Below are positions 7,819 to 17,584 of a DNA stretch of 42,639 nt, one piece after another. The DNA is taken from contig JAUYMJ010000010.1 in the NCBI GenBank assembly GCA_030698775.1, positions 1 to 42,639 on the forward strand. Reading direction: 5' to 3'. This DNA is from a bacterium (GTDB taxonomy: Bacteria > Patescibacteriota > Microgenomatia > Levybacterales > UBA12049). The translations under genes were made by a program, and so were the position numbers. Below the pieces are notes generated by a model. That model saw only the letters and a program-made list of their open reading frames with translations, had not been told where the DNA came from and ran no database searches. Position 1 is the stretch's first letter. Every line of letters begins with the position of its first letter.

Positions 7819-8625
7819 TTATCGCTTCGTTGCTGGATACACCAAGTCGTAAAGATCAATCCTATCATAATCAGATAACGGTACTATTCCAGAAACCGCG
7901 TCAGATGTAAGAGGCCTCTTACTTATTCCTATGACATCCTCCTCAATTTCATATCCAGTATAAAGCTTGAGCCCGCTTGAAGAAATAATCGAGGGCTTAA
8001 AATATATTATGAAACCTCTTCGTTTCAAAATCTCCGGAATTGTGGCTTGCATTTTTTCTTTCCCAACTATTTTTATGGTCGTCTTTACATCTCTAAGGAT
8101 CTTAGGATCCTTCTCTTCATCAAGATGATACTCATCTGAAAGGAATGGATCACGCTCAAGCTCACTTGGGGATACTTCTTTAGCAATTGCCAAAAGTGTG
8201 TGCCAATGAGCTCTTATGTTCGTACTAGTTTCAAACTTACCTTCTAAACTAGCGACGAATGCATAGTGCCTTACACCGTTTTCTAAGTGCTCAGAACTAT
8301 ACTCTCCAGGTGAGGCCGAATTACGCTCTTGAAAATCAGTGTACTCTGAAGCAAATCCTGGAGAAGAAACTCTTAATTGATTAATTACCGGCAAGAAATA
8401 ATAGAGACTCTCTCCATCCGAAACGAGCTCCCTCTGATAAGGTAATTGAATATCACTCGAAGGAACTTTGCCAGAGCGTGTAATCCGATCTAATGTTTTC
8501 AAACCTGTTCCGTACATAAGCGGTGAATCTTTTGGGCCGATTTCAAGCCACTTTCTTACTTCGGCCGGAGAAACTACCCTTCTCTCCTTTATTCCCTGAG
8601 GCTCGTTTGGAACGATATCTGGCAT
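7819..8625 (-). CDS. Hypothetical protein (orphan-like, 268 aa)
   Basis: Long ORF starting 6 nt after the korB stop; no recognised motif. Confidence 0.65.
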   Translation of the reverse strand: MPDIVPNEPQGIKERRVVSPAEVRKWLEIGPKDSPLMYGTGLKTLDRITRSGKVPSSDIQLPYQRELVSDGESLYYFLPVINQLRVSSPGFASEYTDFQERNSASPGEYSSEHLENGVRHYAFVASLEGKFETSTNIRAHWHTLLAIAKEVSPSELERDPFLSDEYHLDEEKDPKILRDVKTTIKIVGKEKMQATIPEILKRRGFIIYFKPSIISSSGLKLYTGYEIEEDVIGISKRPLTSDAVSGIVPLSDYDRIDLYDLVYPATKR

Positions 8626-8631
8626 ATTAAG

Positions 8632-9525
8632 CTACATTAGCTCGTCAAGTAGAGGATTAACATGAATATTTTCCAGCGACTGCTTCACTAACGGTGTTTG
8701 CGCAATTTGAGGCGTGCCGTCTTCCCATGTCGGGCGGTCTTCTTTGAAAAAAATCCCTGTTGCAACTTTCTCCTTTTCTCCTTCATTGAGCGGCCGTCTA
8801 AGCGGCCATTCTTCCGCTCTCTCAAACGCCTGCATTTTATTGGTCATATCATGACCGTGCTCTTCAAGCTTGTACACTCTCTCATAAAACCAGGCAAACG
8901 TATTGTGATGATTGAAGGTAACACAGGGCTGCATCGTATCGATAATCGAAAAGCCTTTGTGTTTGATTGCTTCCACAAGGAGCTCCGTCTCCTGCTTATT
9001 GTCCCCTGAATACCCACGGGCGACGAAGGTAGCCCCTGCAGAAAGTGCAAGCTGCATCGCATTGACTGGTGCTTCAACGACTGGCACAGGAGTCGCCTTA
9101 TTTTTTTCGCCGATATTGGTGGTTGGTGAAAACTGACCTGTCGTAAGACCATATACTTGATTGTCATGAATCAGTAGCGTCAAGTTCACATTCCGACGAG
9201 CTGCATGGAGCCAATGATTGCCTCCCTCGGCAAACTGATCCCCGTCTCCTCCGATCACAATGACAGTCAAACCATTATTTGCTAATCTAATGCCCTCTGC
9301 AACCGGCATAGGACGGCCATGTAAACCGTTAAAGCCGTACGTTTTGACCCAGTAGGGCAATTTACTTGAACAACCGATTCCCGAGACGAGGACTACCTCC
9401 CAGGGCTTCAGGTCAAGTTGCACGATTGCATTCTTGAGCGATACCCAGATCCCGAAATCACCACACCCCGGACACCAATTCGGCTTATCGTAGTCAATTT
9501 GTAAATCTTGTAATGTCGTTGGCAT
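8632..9525 (-). CDS. korB: 2-oxoacid:ferredoxin oxidoreductase beta subunit
   Basis: WCPGCG, GIGCS, LHGR, GGDGD, YGLT.GQ.SPT and PCVTFN motifs; substrate not determinable. Confidence 0.93.
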   Translation of the reverse strand: MPTTLQDLQIDYDKPNWCPGCGDFGIWVSLKNAIVQLDLKPWEVVLVSGIGCSSKLPYWVKTYGFNGLHGRPMPVAEGIRLANNGLTVIVIGGDGDQFAEGGNHWLHAARRNVNLTLLIHDNQVYGLTTGQFSPTTNIGEKNKATPVPVVEAPVNAMQLALSAGATFVARGYSGDNKQETELLVEAIKHKGFSIIDTMQPCVTFNHHNTFAWFYERVYKLEEHGHDMTNKMQAFERAEEWPLRRPLNEGEKEKVATGIFFKEDRPTWEDGTPQIAQTPLVKQSLENIHVNPLLDELM

Positions 9526-9533
9526 AATATATT

Positions 9534-9643
9534 TGTCATTGCGAGGTCGCCTTTGGTGACCGCGGCAATCTTATATAACAGGCTTCAATTTTATTTCGTA
9601 ATAATTCATAAGAGATTGCTTCGCCTAAAGGCCCGCAATGACA
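9534..9643. repeat. REPIN/MITE-like hairpin element, copy A
   Basis: Terminal IR TGTCATTGCG...CGCAATGACA, inner GCAATC/GATTGC and GGTCGCC-ttt-GGTGACC; related copy at 32819. Confidence 0.8.
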
Positions 9644-9645
9644 TT

Positions 9646-11394
9646 CTAAACTTGCAAGGCTTTCACCTTTTCAATGATCTCTTCCGGATAAAACGGTCTT
9701 CCGTCGTATTTTCGTAGATGATGCTCAAACGTTATCCCGGTCCTCTCCCTGATGAGCCCCTCAAATTGCCCTGTTTTATTTGCCTCAACGATGAGTGTTT
9801 TCTTTGTTTTACCGATCATTTCGGTAAACGCTTGAGACGGGAAAGGCTCTAAGAAAGATACCTGCAAAAAATTCACTGAGATATTTTCTTTTTTCAGCTG
9901 CCTCATTGCATCAAGAATAGCAAATTTTGTTGACCCGAATGCAACGATCGTGAGAGCTGCATCAGGGTCACCGATGAGTCTCGGCGCCGGAAACTCGTTA
10001 TTTGCTATCGCTTTTGCCAGCTTGGCATACCGTTTATCCATCATCTTTATACGCATATCCGCTTCTTCGTTATAGAGCCCCTTCTCATCGTGCTCATCAG
10101 AACCCGAAAGTCCTATTCCTCCCTGCTGGCCGGGCAAACTTCGTGGCGAAATGCCGTCTTCAACAAGTGCATATCGTTTGTAATCAGTTTCAGCAAGAGC
10201 TTCCTGATCTGTTAATATTTTTCCTCTCTCAACTACAAATGTATCGCTTATCACTTTTAACTTCTCACTTTCTACCGTCGCATGTGATTCATTAATGTGC
10301 TTATCAACAAGGACAATAACGGGAAGCTGATATTTTTCTGCTAGATTGAGTGCAGTCATGGTACCCTCAAATGCGTCAAGCATATCCCCGGGTGCCAGAA
10401 TAATGCGCGGGAAATCACCCTGTGCTGCGTGAAGGGCAAAACGCAGATCTCCCTGATCAGACCATGTCGGCATCCCCGTTGCAGGACCCGGCCGCATACC
10501 CAAAACCACCACAATCGGCGTCTCAGTCTGCGCGGCAAGGCCCAAACCTTCAACCATCAAGGAAAATCCCCCACCAGATGTCGCAACCATAGACCGAGCA
10601 CCGGCAAAGGATGCACCAAGCGCCATATTGATACCGGCAATCTCATCCTCCGGCTCTTTGACGACAATGTTGTACTTGAGAGCATGCGCAACAAGCGTCG
10701 TCATAATGGTATTGATGGGAGTCATCGGATACATCGCAGCAAATTTGAGCCCAGCGCGGATTGCACCGAATGCGATTGCCTCTGCACCTCCGATAAGAAG
10801 CCTTGTTTGAGAACCAATAGGAATATCCGCGAGAAGTCCCGGTCCGAAATTCTCAACGACATAATCATATCCCGCTTTTGACGTATTATTGTTCAATGCA
10901 ACAACGTCATCTCCTTTTTTGCCAAACGTGTCCTGCATGATTTTCTGCAGAACATCAAATTGCTTATGGAAAAGGGCGAGCGATGCGCCAACCGAGACGG
11001 TATTTATCATCAGTCTGTCTGCGCCGACTTTTTTTGTCAGTTCCAGAAGGGGAACAGGGAAAAGCCGGACTGAGACCGGAAATTGCTCAACTGTCAGCTT
11101 AAGAACACTTGGATCAAAGATAACTGCAGCATTTGGAGAAAGTTCGTCTACATGAAGTTTAATCGTATCTGCATTCAGTGCAACAAGTATATCGACTGTT
11201 TTTTTCTGCGACGTCACTTCCTCATCTGACGCCCTAACGTAATACGCATTATGTCCCCCACGAATAAGCGACGGGTATTCAACGTAATCGAACACATGGA
11301 GACCGAGGCGCGTAAAAATTTTTGACATCATGAGTCCAGTGGTCATAATGCCATAGCCAGCCTCTCCTCCAATAAGCCATTGTAAATCAATCAT
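9646..11394 (-). CDS. korA: 2-oxoacid:ferredoxin oxidoreductase alpha subunit (gamma-alpha fusion)
   Basis: GGEAG.G, YPSLIRGGHN, YPMTP, EDEIA, TSGGGFSLM.E and RPGPATG.PT motifs. Confidence 0.93.
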   Translation of the reverse strand: MIDLQWLIGGEAGYGIMTTGLMMSKIFTRLGLHVFDYVEYPSLIRGGHNAYYVRASDEEVTSQKKTVDILVALNADTIKLHVDELSPNAAVIFDPSVLKLTVEQFPVSVRLFPVPLLELTKKVGADRLMINTVSVGASLALFHKQFDVLQKIMQDTFGKKGDDVVALNNNTSKAGYDYVVENFGPGLLADIPIGSQTRLLIGGAEAIAFGAIRAGLKFAAMYPMTPINTIMTTLVAHALKYNIVVKEPEDEIAGINMALGASFAGARSMVATSGGGFSLMVEGLGLAAQTETPIVVVLGMRPGPATGMPTWSDQGDLRFALHAAQGDFPRIILAPGDMLDAFEGTMTALNLAEKYQLPVIVLVDKHINESHATVESEKLKVISDTFVVERGKILTDQEALAETDYKRYALVEDGISPRSLPGQQGGIGLSGSDEHDEKGLYNEEADMRIKMMDKRYAKLAKAIANNEFPAPRLIGDPDAALTIVAFGSTKFAILDAMRQLKKENISVNFLQVSFLEPFPSQAFTEMIGKTKKTLIVEANKTGQFEGLIRERTGITFEHHLRKYDGRPFYPEEIIEKVKALQV

Positions 11395-11494
11395 TATCTA
11401 TAAAAAGTATAGAGTGCGGACAAAAAAGAAACAACTCTTCTTGTTTTATCTCATGGTAATCAAAAATCATTCGGAGTGTGCTAGTCTAGAATGG

Positions 11495-12169
11495 ATGGGG
11501 AAAAATGACGAAAAAGAACTAGTAGAGGAGGTCGAAACGGTTATCAGCCGCGACCGCGTCCTCAACTTCAGTGATGCAATTTTTGCCTTTGCTGCAACAC
11601 TTCTTGTGCTCAAGATTGATCTTCCGAATATACCGCCTGCACTTATCGAGACACATTTAGGACCTGAGATTCTCAGGCTCTGGCCTCAGTACGTTGCCAA
11701 CCTTATTACGTTTTTTGTCATAGGATACTACTGGCTGACCCACCATGCAATCTTTAACATGATCAAACGTTTTAATCAGACTCTTTTCTGGCTCAATATC
11801 ATTTTTCTTGTCTTTATCTCTTTTCTCCCATTTCCGGTAGACCTCTTCGGTGATTTTAGCAATTCACGCGCAGTCGTCGTCTTTTACTCGGCCGCGCTTG
11901 GGTTTGCAGGCTATCTTCTCGCAATCTTGTGGCTTTATGTTTCTCATGGGAATAGGCTTGTTGCGAAGTCATTGAGTAAAAGAAGAATCGAGTTTTATAC
12001 GGTAAAAATAATGATTGCCCCTGTTATCTTCACACTTTCAATTCCCGTGGCGTTTATCGATCTCACGCTCACGAAACTTTCTTGGCTTTTTGTGCTTTTG
12101 GGGATCGTCCTTGTGCACCGAATCTATCACTACCGACAACTTGATGAGGTGGAGAAAACTGCTTTGTAA
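11495..12169 (+). CDS. TMEM175 family potassium channel
   Basis: R...FSDAIFAFAATLL signature, YW..HH and about 6 TM helices; start moved to ATG 11495, 7 nt after TGCTAGTCT. Confidence 0.88.
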   Translation: MGKNDEKELVEEVETVISRDRVLNFSDAIFAFAATLLVLKIDLPNIPPALIETHLGPEILRLWPQYVANLITFFVIGYYWLTHHAIFNMIKRFNQTLFWLNIIFLVFISFLPFPVDLFGDFSNSRAVVVFYSAALGFAGYLLAILWLYVSHGNRLVAKSLSKRRIEFYTVKIMIAPVIFTLSIPVAFIDLTLTKLSWLFVLLGIVLVHRIYHYRQLDEVEKTAL

Positions 12170-12189
12170 TTATAGCAATAGGGACAGTC

Positions 12190-12303
12190 GCTTTTCAGTT
12201 AAGAAGGCTGAGGACGTGTACTTCGGGTTTAGTAGTTGTTAACTAGGCAGGCTTGCCAGCCACAAATTGCAGCACGAGGCGTGAACGAATAGTTCTGAAA
12301 AGC
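12190..12303. other. Candidate structured non-coding element between convergent genes
   Basis: 9-bp closing IR GCTTTTCAG/CTGAAAAGC enclosing several short stems. Confidence 0.45.
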
Positions 12304-12315
12304 CGAGTGCTAAAA

Positions 12316-12588
12316 TTAGGCTGGCCATACCTGACGGACCTCTTTACCCGCCTCATCTACCTCAACAATGATTATCGAGTTTACGGGACAGGATTTTGCG
12401 GCATTCATTATATTTACCTCTTCATCATTAATATCAGAATATGCGACAAAATCGGAAGACGTACTTCCATCCTTCTTTTTTACAACGGCTTTGCCTTCGC
12501 TGTCCAAATCAAAAGCGTTCGGCGCAACAGCAACGCATGATGCCGCCCCAATACAAACGCTTCTATCAACTTTCACTTTATATGGCAT
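12316..12588 (-). CDS. fdx: Monocluster ferredoxin, probably [3Fe-4S]
   Basis: VDRSVCIGAASC...KSCP (CxxAxxC...CP); real start taken as MPYKV at 12588. Confidence 0.9.
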   Translation of the reverse strand: MPYKVKVDRSVCIGAASCVAVAPNAFDLDSEGKAVVKKKDGSTSSDFVAYSDINDEEVNIMNAAKSCPVNSIIIVEVDEAGKEVRQVWPA

Positions 12589-12608
12589 AAACGCTAATTT
12601 ACTAAACG

Positions 12609-12971
12609 CTACTTTAGGCAATCCTGAAGAACCGCCCATCCCAAAAGTGCACACTTTTTCCTCGTTTCAGAAACCTCTACTCCAAGTAAGGTCAGCATAT
12701 CTTCCTTTGAAAATTTTGTCAACTCTGCCTTCGACTTCCCTTTTATGTGTTCCGTAATTATTGAGGAAGATGCGATGCTTATTGCACACCCATGACCGAG
12801 AAAGGAAACGTCTGATGCGACACCTCCTGAGAAACGGATAAACATCTCAACTTCATCTCCACAGAAAGGGTTAAGCTGTTTGGATGACGCGGAAAAGTCG
12901 GAAAGCTTCCCGAAATTTTGCGGATGTTTATAGTGCTCGATAATTTCTTCTTTGTAGAGGTAATTGTTCAA
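12609..12971 (-). CDS. sufU: SufU/IscU-like Fe-S scaffold or sulfur-transfer protein
   Basis: HY.HPQNFG, NP.CGD, GCAIS.AS and RKKCA; TTG start overlaps the upstream TGA. Confidence 0.9.
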   Translation of the reverse strand: MNNYLYKEEIIEHYKHPQNFGKLSDFSASSKQLNPFCGDEVEMFIRFSGGVASDVSFLGHGCAISIASSSIITEHIKGKSKAELTKFSKEDMLTLLGVEVSETRKKCALLGWAVLQDCLK

Positions 12972-13600
12972 ATCAACCCTTTCCGCGCGCCGACACCGTG
13001 CATTTCCTGGATGAAAAAATCTACCCCGTCCGATTTCAGGATGAAATACCCTGTATTTGCGATCCGCAGGTTATCCTGGGTACCGACTCCTAGGTGTACC
13101 AAAAATGCTGACATGAGCCCACCATGTGTCACGACGAGAATGTTTTTTCCGGGGTAGGAAACCGACGCTTCGCGAATAAAGGTAATAAGCCTCGCCACAA
13201 TCTGCTCATCGCTTTCCCCTTCGGGAACAAGCTTATAACGGAACTTCTCTTCATCTGAGAGCCTTTCATACTCATCAAAAGCAACATGAAGCTCCCTACG
13301 CGCTTCTTCAATAAGTTTTCCTTCAACCTTGCCATAGCTATGTTCACGAAGAAGCGCGGTTGTATTGACTGCAAGCTTGTGCTCAATTGCAGCAATCTCT
13401 GCTGTCCGCATGGCACGAAACAAATCAGATGAGAATACTGCATCAAAACTGACATTCTTGAGTTTCGATCCAAGCTCTGTTGCCTGGCGTAATCCGTTTT
13501 CAGTGAGAGGCGAGTCCTTTTGTCCCTGAAACCTGTGCTCAACGTTCCACTGCGTTTCACCATGTCGTGCTATATAGAGAGTACAATAGTTATTTTTCAT
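12968..13600 (-). CDS. Histidine phosphatase family protein (PGM-like)
   Basis: RHGET.WN, SSDL.RA..TA and VVTHGG motifs. Confidence 0.92.
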   Translation of the reverse strand: MKNNYCTLYIARHGETQWNVEHRFQGQKDSPLTENGLRQATELGSKLKNVSFDAVFSSDLFRAMRTAEIAAIEHKLAVNTTALLREHSYGKVEGKLIEEARRELHVAFDEYERLSDEEKFRYKLVPEGESDEQIVARLITFIREASVSYPGKNILVVTHGGLMSAFLVHLGVGTQDNLRIANTGYFILKSDGVDFFIQEMHGVGARKGLI

Positions 13601-13635
13601 TGCAGTGTTTATTCATTACACTATGAATATATATA

Positions 13636-14880
13636 TCAATGTATTGAAAAAACTTTTTTTACTTCTTTCAGTCCTCTGATAAGCGCGTCTATATCTTCAT
13701 CATCATTATAAATATTCAGGCTAACCCGTACTGTTGCCGGGACGCCTAGTTTTTTATGAAGCGGCATAGCACAGTGATGTCCGGCTCGAACACAAATATT
13801 GCTCTGTCCCAGGATCTGGGCAACATCATGGGGGTGCACTCCGTCCAAATTAAATGATATAACACCACTGTGCTCGTTGATATTTTTGGGACCATAGGTT
13901 GTTAATCCTGAAATCTTTCGCAACTGCTCAAGTGTATATCCGATCAAATTTTTCTCATGAGTACGAATAGTATTCATCCCGATTTCGGAGAGATAATCAA
14001 TAGCTGCGCCAAATCCGATTATCCCCTCGATAGGTAACGTTCCCGACTCAAACCTTTCAGGGGAATCTTGATACGTAACATGATGAAGCGTCACTTCTTT
14101 TATCATCTGACTCCCAAAAAGCAACGGGTCTAACGTATTGAGTATATTTTTTCTCCCCCACAATATCCCAATTCCTGATGGTGAAAACATTTTATGTCCG
14201 GAGAATGCGAGAAAATCACAGCCAAGGTCCTGTACATCGACTTTCATGTGAGGCACAGACTGTGCCGCATCAATAATAAGTACCGATGTTTCCTCATTAT
14301 CACGGATGTTTTTTGCAAAATGAGCAACATCATTCACTGTTCCCAGCACATTTGAGACGTGAGTAAGAGAAATTATACTATAATTGTTTATATCAGTATT
14401 CTTTTTATTACGCCCTTCAGAAACGATCTCACCGGTTAATTTCCCTGACTTCCCGTCAAACGCGAGATACCCTACAGGCATCCCGGCAACGCGGGCATAA
14501 TGCTGCCACGGGACAAGGTTTGAATGATGTTCCATCTCTGATAGCAGAATCCCTCTACCCTTTCGTGGTCGTTTACATAAGGATGCAGCAATAAGGTTTA
14601 TTGCTTCTGTCGTCCCGTGGGTAAAAACAATTTCTGACGAATCGTTCGCGTTGATAAACTTCGCGACTTTTTTTCTTACTTCTTCAACTTTTTCGGTGGC
14701 TTTCTCGGCAATTGCATAGACTCCCCGATGGATATTTGCATTGTATGTTTGGTAATATTCGACGACAGCGTCAATGACAACCTGCGGTTTTTGGCTTGTC
14801 GCGGCCGAGTCAAGGTAGATGAGTGGCATGACAGCTTGTCTGTTCTGAAAAATGGGAAAATCCTTCTTGTACTTATTCAT
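13636..14880 (-). CDS. sufS: Cysteine desulfurase SufS (group II)
   Basis: YLDSAATSQKP, MEHHSN, FSGHK and RAGHHCA motifs. Confidence 0.95.
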   Translation of the reverse strand: MNKYKKDFPIFQNRQAVMPLIYLDSAATSQKPQVVIDAVVEYYQTYNANIHRGVYAIAEKATEKVEEVRKKVAKFINANDSSEIVFTHGTTEAINLIAASLCKRPRKGRGILLSEMEHHSNLVPWQHYARVAGMPVGYLAFDGKSGKLTGEIVSEGRNKKNTDINNYSIISLTHVSNVLGTVNDVAHFAKNIRDNEETSVLIIDAAQSVPHMKVDVQDLGCDFLAFSGHKMFSPSGIGILWGRKNILNTLDPLLFGSQMIKEVTLHHVTYQDSPERFESGTLPIEGIIGFGAAIDYLSEIGMNTIRTHEKNLIGYTLEQLRKISGLTTYGPKNINEHSGVISFNLDGVHPHDVAQILGQSNICVRAGHHCAMPLHKKLGVPATVRVSLNIYNDDEDIDALIRGLKEVKKVFSIH

Positions 14881-15448
14881 ATCTGGTCAGTCCTAACTTC
14901 CTCTTTACCGCAAGTGTTTTCTTTACCGGAAGAAACGTAAGCAGCGGAGTAAAAAAACCTGAAACGATAAGTTCTACTGCCTGCTTCTCCGACAAACCCC
15001 TGCTTTGAAGATAAAAAAGGAGTGTAGGGTCGGGTCTCCCGACAGTTGATGCATGCCCTGCCTTAAGCTCATTCTCATCTATTTCCAGTGACGGAACGCT
15101 CCTTCCTTTTGCATTATCAAATAACAGTACCTTGGATGAAAAGAAGCCATCCGCAACCTTTGCTCCTTTTTGTATCCGCACAACCCCATCATTTGAGAAT
15201 GATGATGTGTCACGAAAGACTCCGCGGATCGTCGTTAAACTTTTTGTTCTTGGAGCCTCGTGTACGATCGTTGTATTAAAAACAAGATGGTGATCGCCGC
15301 TTCCCAGAAAAAGTCCGATGAGCTTGAAGCTTGCACCCTCTCCGACAAGTCTGACATTCAGAGTAAATTCATCTCGTTTTCCATTAATCCATACGAAAGG
15401 CTCTACCCGTTCTTCATTTTTTTCAACAATAATCGAAACTTGCCTCAT
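14873..15448 (-). CDS. sufD: Fe-S assembly protein SufD (short form, C-terminal core)
   Basis: P.LEIDE.EL.AGHASTVG...LFYLQSRGL; position between sufB and sufS. Confidence 0.85.
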   Translation of the reverse strand: MRQVSIIVEKNEERVEPFVWINGKRDEFTLNVRLVGEGASFKLIGLFLGSGDHHLVFNTTIVHEAPRTKSLTTIRGVFRDTSSFSNDGVVRIQKGAKVADGFFSSKVLLFDNAKGRSVPSLEIDENELKAGHASTVGRPDPTLLFYLQSRGLSEKQAVELIVSGFFTPLLTFLPVKKTLAVKRKLGLTRYE

Positions 15449-15457
15449 AGAATCACT

Positions 15458-16849
15458 CTAGCCAACCGAACCTGTCATCTCAAGTTGTATAAGCCTGTTC
15501 AATTCAACCGCATACTCCATCGGCAAAATTCTTACGATTGGCTCTATGAATCCATTCACAATCATCACCTCTGCCTGTTGTTGCGGGATTCCCCGTGATT
15601 GAAAATAGAAAAGCTGCTCCTCACCGATTCTTGACACTGAGGCTTCATGTCCGATAATTACATCCTCTTCATCAACTAGCATTGTCGGATAGGTATCTGC
15701 ACGGCTTATATCGTCAAGAATGAGCGCATCACATCGCACCGTTGATTTACTTTTTTTCGCCCCTTTGTGTACTTTGAGTAAACCCCTATATGATGATCGT
15801 CCTCCGTCTTTACTGATCGATTTTGAAGTAATCACTGAACTTGTCTCAGGTGCCATATGGATGGCTTTCCCACCTGCATCCTGGTGCTGTCCTTTGCCAG
15901 CAAACGCGAGTGAGAGAACCTCACCTCTTGCTTTTCTCCCCTTAAGATAGACAGAGGGATATTTCATCGTAAGCTGGCTCCCTAAATTGCCATCTATCCA
16001 TTCTCCTATGCCCTCCTCTTCAACAAACATTCTTTTTGTGACAAGGTTGTAAACGTTCTTGCTCCAGTTTTGGATAGTAGTATAGCGGACGCGCGCGCCT
16101 TTCTTGACAACAATCTCAACAACCGCCGAGTGCAGGGAGTCTGTCGTGAAAATTGGAGCTGTACAGCCCTCAATGTAATGAACATACGATCCTTCATCTG
16201 CGATGATGAGCGTCCTTTCAAACTGCCCCATATTACGTGCATTTATCCGAAAATAGGCCTGCAAGGGTAGGTCAATTTTTACTCCTTTTGGGACATAAAT
16301 AAATGACCCACCGGACCATACTGCCGTATTTAACGCAGCAAACTTATTGTCTGCTGGAGGAATCAACATGCCAAAATATTGCTTTAAGAGGTCAGGATAT
16401 TTTTGCAGCGCCGTATCCGTGTCAACAAAAATGACTCCTTTCTTGGAAAGCATTGTTGAGATACTATGGTAGACAACTTCCGAATCATACTGGGCGCCAA
16501 CACCTGCCAAAAATTTTTTCTCAGCTTCAGGGATACCAATCTTATCAAACGTATTTTTAATTTCTGCCGGGACTTCCTCCCACGTCCTTCCCTGCTTGTC
16601 AGTCGGTTTGACGTAATAATATATATCATCAAAGTTTATCTTGGAGAGATCACCGCCAAACGTCGGCATCTTTTTTGCAAAAAAAAGTTTGAGTGCAAAG
16701 AGACGTTTCTGTAGCATCCAGTCAGGTTCTTTCTTTATTGCAGAAATCTCTCGGACTATTTTTTCCGATATGCCTTTTGGTGTCGAGTACACCGGAGGTC
16801 CTGTGTCGAAAAAGCCAAACTCGTAGCTTGGGAGATCAAACCGTTGCAT
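15458..16849 (-). CDS. sufB: Fe-S assembly protein SufB
   Basis: [26 protein letters not shown] and [12 protein letters not shown] motifs. Confidence 0.97.
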   Translation of the reverse strand: MQRFDLPSYEFGFFDTGPPVYSTPKGISEKIVREISAIKKEPDWMLQKRLFALKLFFAKKMPTFGGDLSKINFDDIYYYVKPTDKQGRTWEEVPAEIKNTFDKIGIPEAEKKFLAGVGAQYDSEVVYHSISTMLSKKGVIFVDTDTALQKYPDLLKQYFGMLIPPADNKFAALNTAVWSGGSFIYVPKGVKIDLPLQAYFRINARNMGQFERTLIIADEGSYVHYIEGCTAPIFTTDSLHSAVVEIVVKKGARVRYTTIQNWSKNVYNLVTKRMFVEEEGIGEWIDGNLGSQLTMKYPSVYLKGRKARGEVLSLAFAGKGQHQDAGGKAIHMAPETSSVITSKSISKDGGRSSYRGLLKVHKGAKKSKSTVRCDALILDDISRADTYPTMLVDEEDVIIGHEASVSRIGEEQLFYFQSRGIPQQQAEVMIVNGFIEPIVRILPMEYAVELNRLIQLEMTGSVG

Positions 16850-17570
16850 ACCCCTCCGTTTCGATCTTACTCACAAGTTCAATTCCTCCTACTTTTTTTA
16901 TTGTCCCGTCCACAAGTATGTGTACCCTGTCAGGTTCTAAATAATCTAAAATTCGCTGGTAGTGGGTTATCAAAAGAATTCCCATATTTTTTTCTTTTGC
17001 AATATCTCTTATCGCATGAGCGACAAGCTTGAGACTATCAACATCAAGTCCCGAGTCGACCTCATCCAAAATTGCATATTTCGGAGAAAGTACAATAAGC
17101 TGTGCCACTTCGGCCCGCTTTCTTTCACCTCCGGAAAATCCTTCATTTATTGACCGGTGGAGAAAACTTTCATCAAGTCCAACTGCTGCGAGTGCTTTTT
17201 TCACTTCATTCTTAAAGTCGCTAAGTGGTTTTTTCTCCTCAGGACGGATTGCCTTTTCAGCAGTACGGAGAAACGCAAGAAGTGAAACTCCTGTTATCTC
17301 AACGGGATTTTGGAAAGACACAAACAATCCTGCCCTCGCCCTTTCTTCCGGAAGAAGTCCCAGCATCTGTCTTCCATCAATACCGAACACCGAATTCTGG
17401 TTTCTCAATGTGTAGTCCGGATGCCCCATCAAACTCATTACAAGTGATGTTTTTCCGGACCCGTTAGGCCCCATAACGACATGCACTTCTCCAGGTTTCA
17501 TTGAGATGTCCACACCATGCAGTATTTCTTTTCCGTCAATCTCTGCTACAAGTTGTTTTACTGTAAACAT
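16836..17570 (-). CDS. sufC: Fe-S assembly ATPase SufC
   Basis: [28 protein letters not shown] and ITHYQRIL motifs. Confidence 0.96.
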   Translation of the reverse strand: MFTVKQLVAEIDGKEILHGVDISMKPGEVHVVMGPNGSGKTSLVMSLMGHPDYTLRNQNSVFGIDGRQMLGLLPEERARAGLFVSFQNPVEITGVSLLAFLRTAEKAIRPEEKKPLSDFKNEVKKALAAVGLDESFLHRSINEGFSGGERKRAEVAQLIVLSPKYAILDEVDSGLDVDSLKLVAHAIRDIAKEKNMGILLITHYQRILDYLEPDRVHILVDGTIKKVGGIELVSKIETEGYATV

Positions 17571-17584
17571 ACATTACACTCCGG

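Noticed and set aside
12208-12300. Hammerhead ribozyme (CUGAGGA core at 12208) or twister-like GGCAAGCC loop on the minus strand
   Set aside because: No correctly placed GAAA after stem II and no convincing twister pseudoknots; kept only as an unassigned structured element
12589-12654. Ferredoxin N-terminal extension in the track
   Set aside because: Overlaps the sufU 3' end; the family-like sequence starts at MPYKV
17378-17405. Weak heptamer periodicity in sufC (CAATACC-GAACACC-GAATTCT-GGTTTCT)
   Set aside because: Units are too divergent to separate from chance by eye; worth including in a period-7 scan
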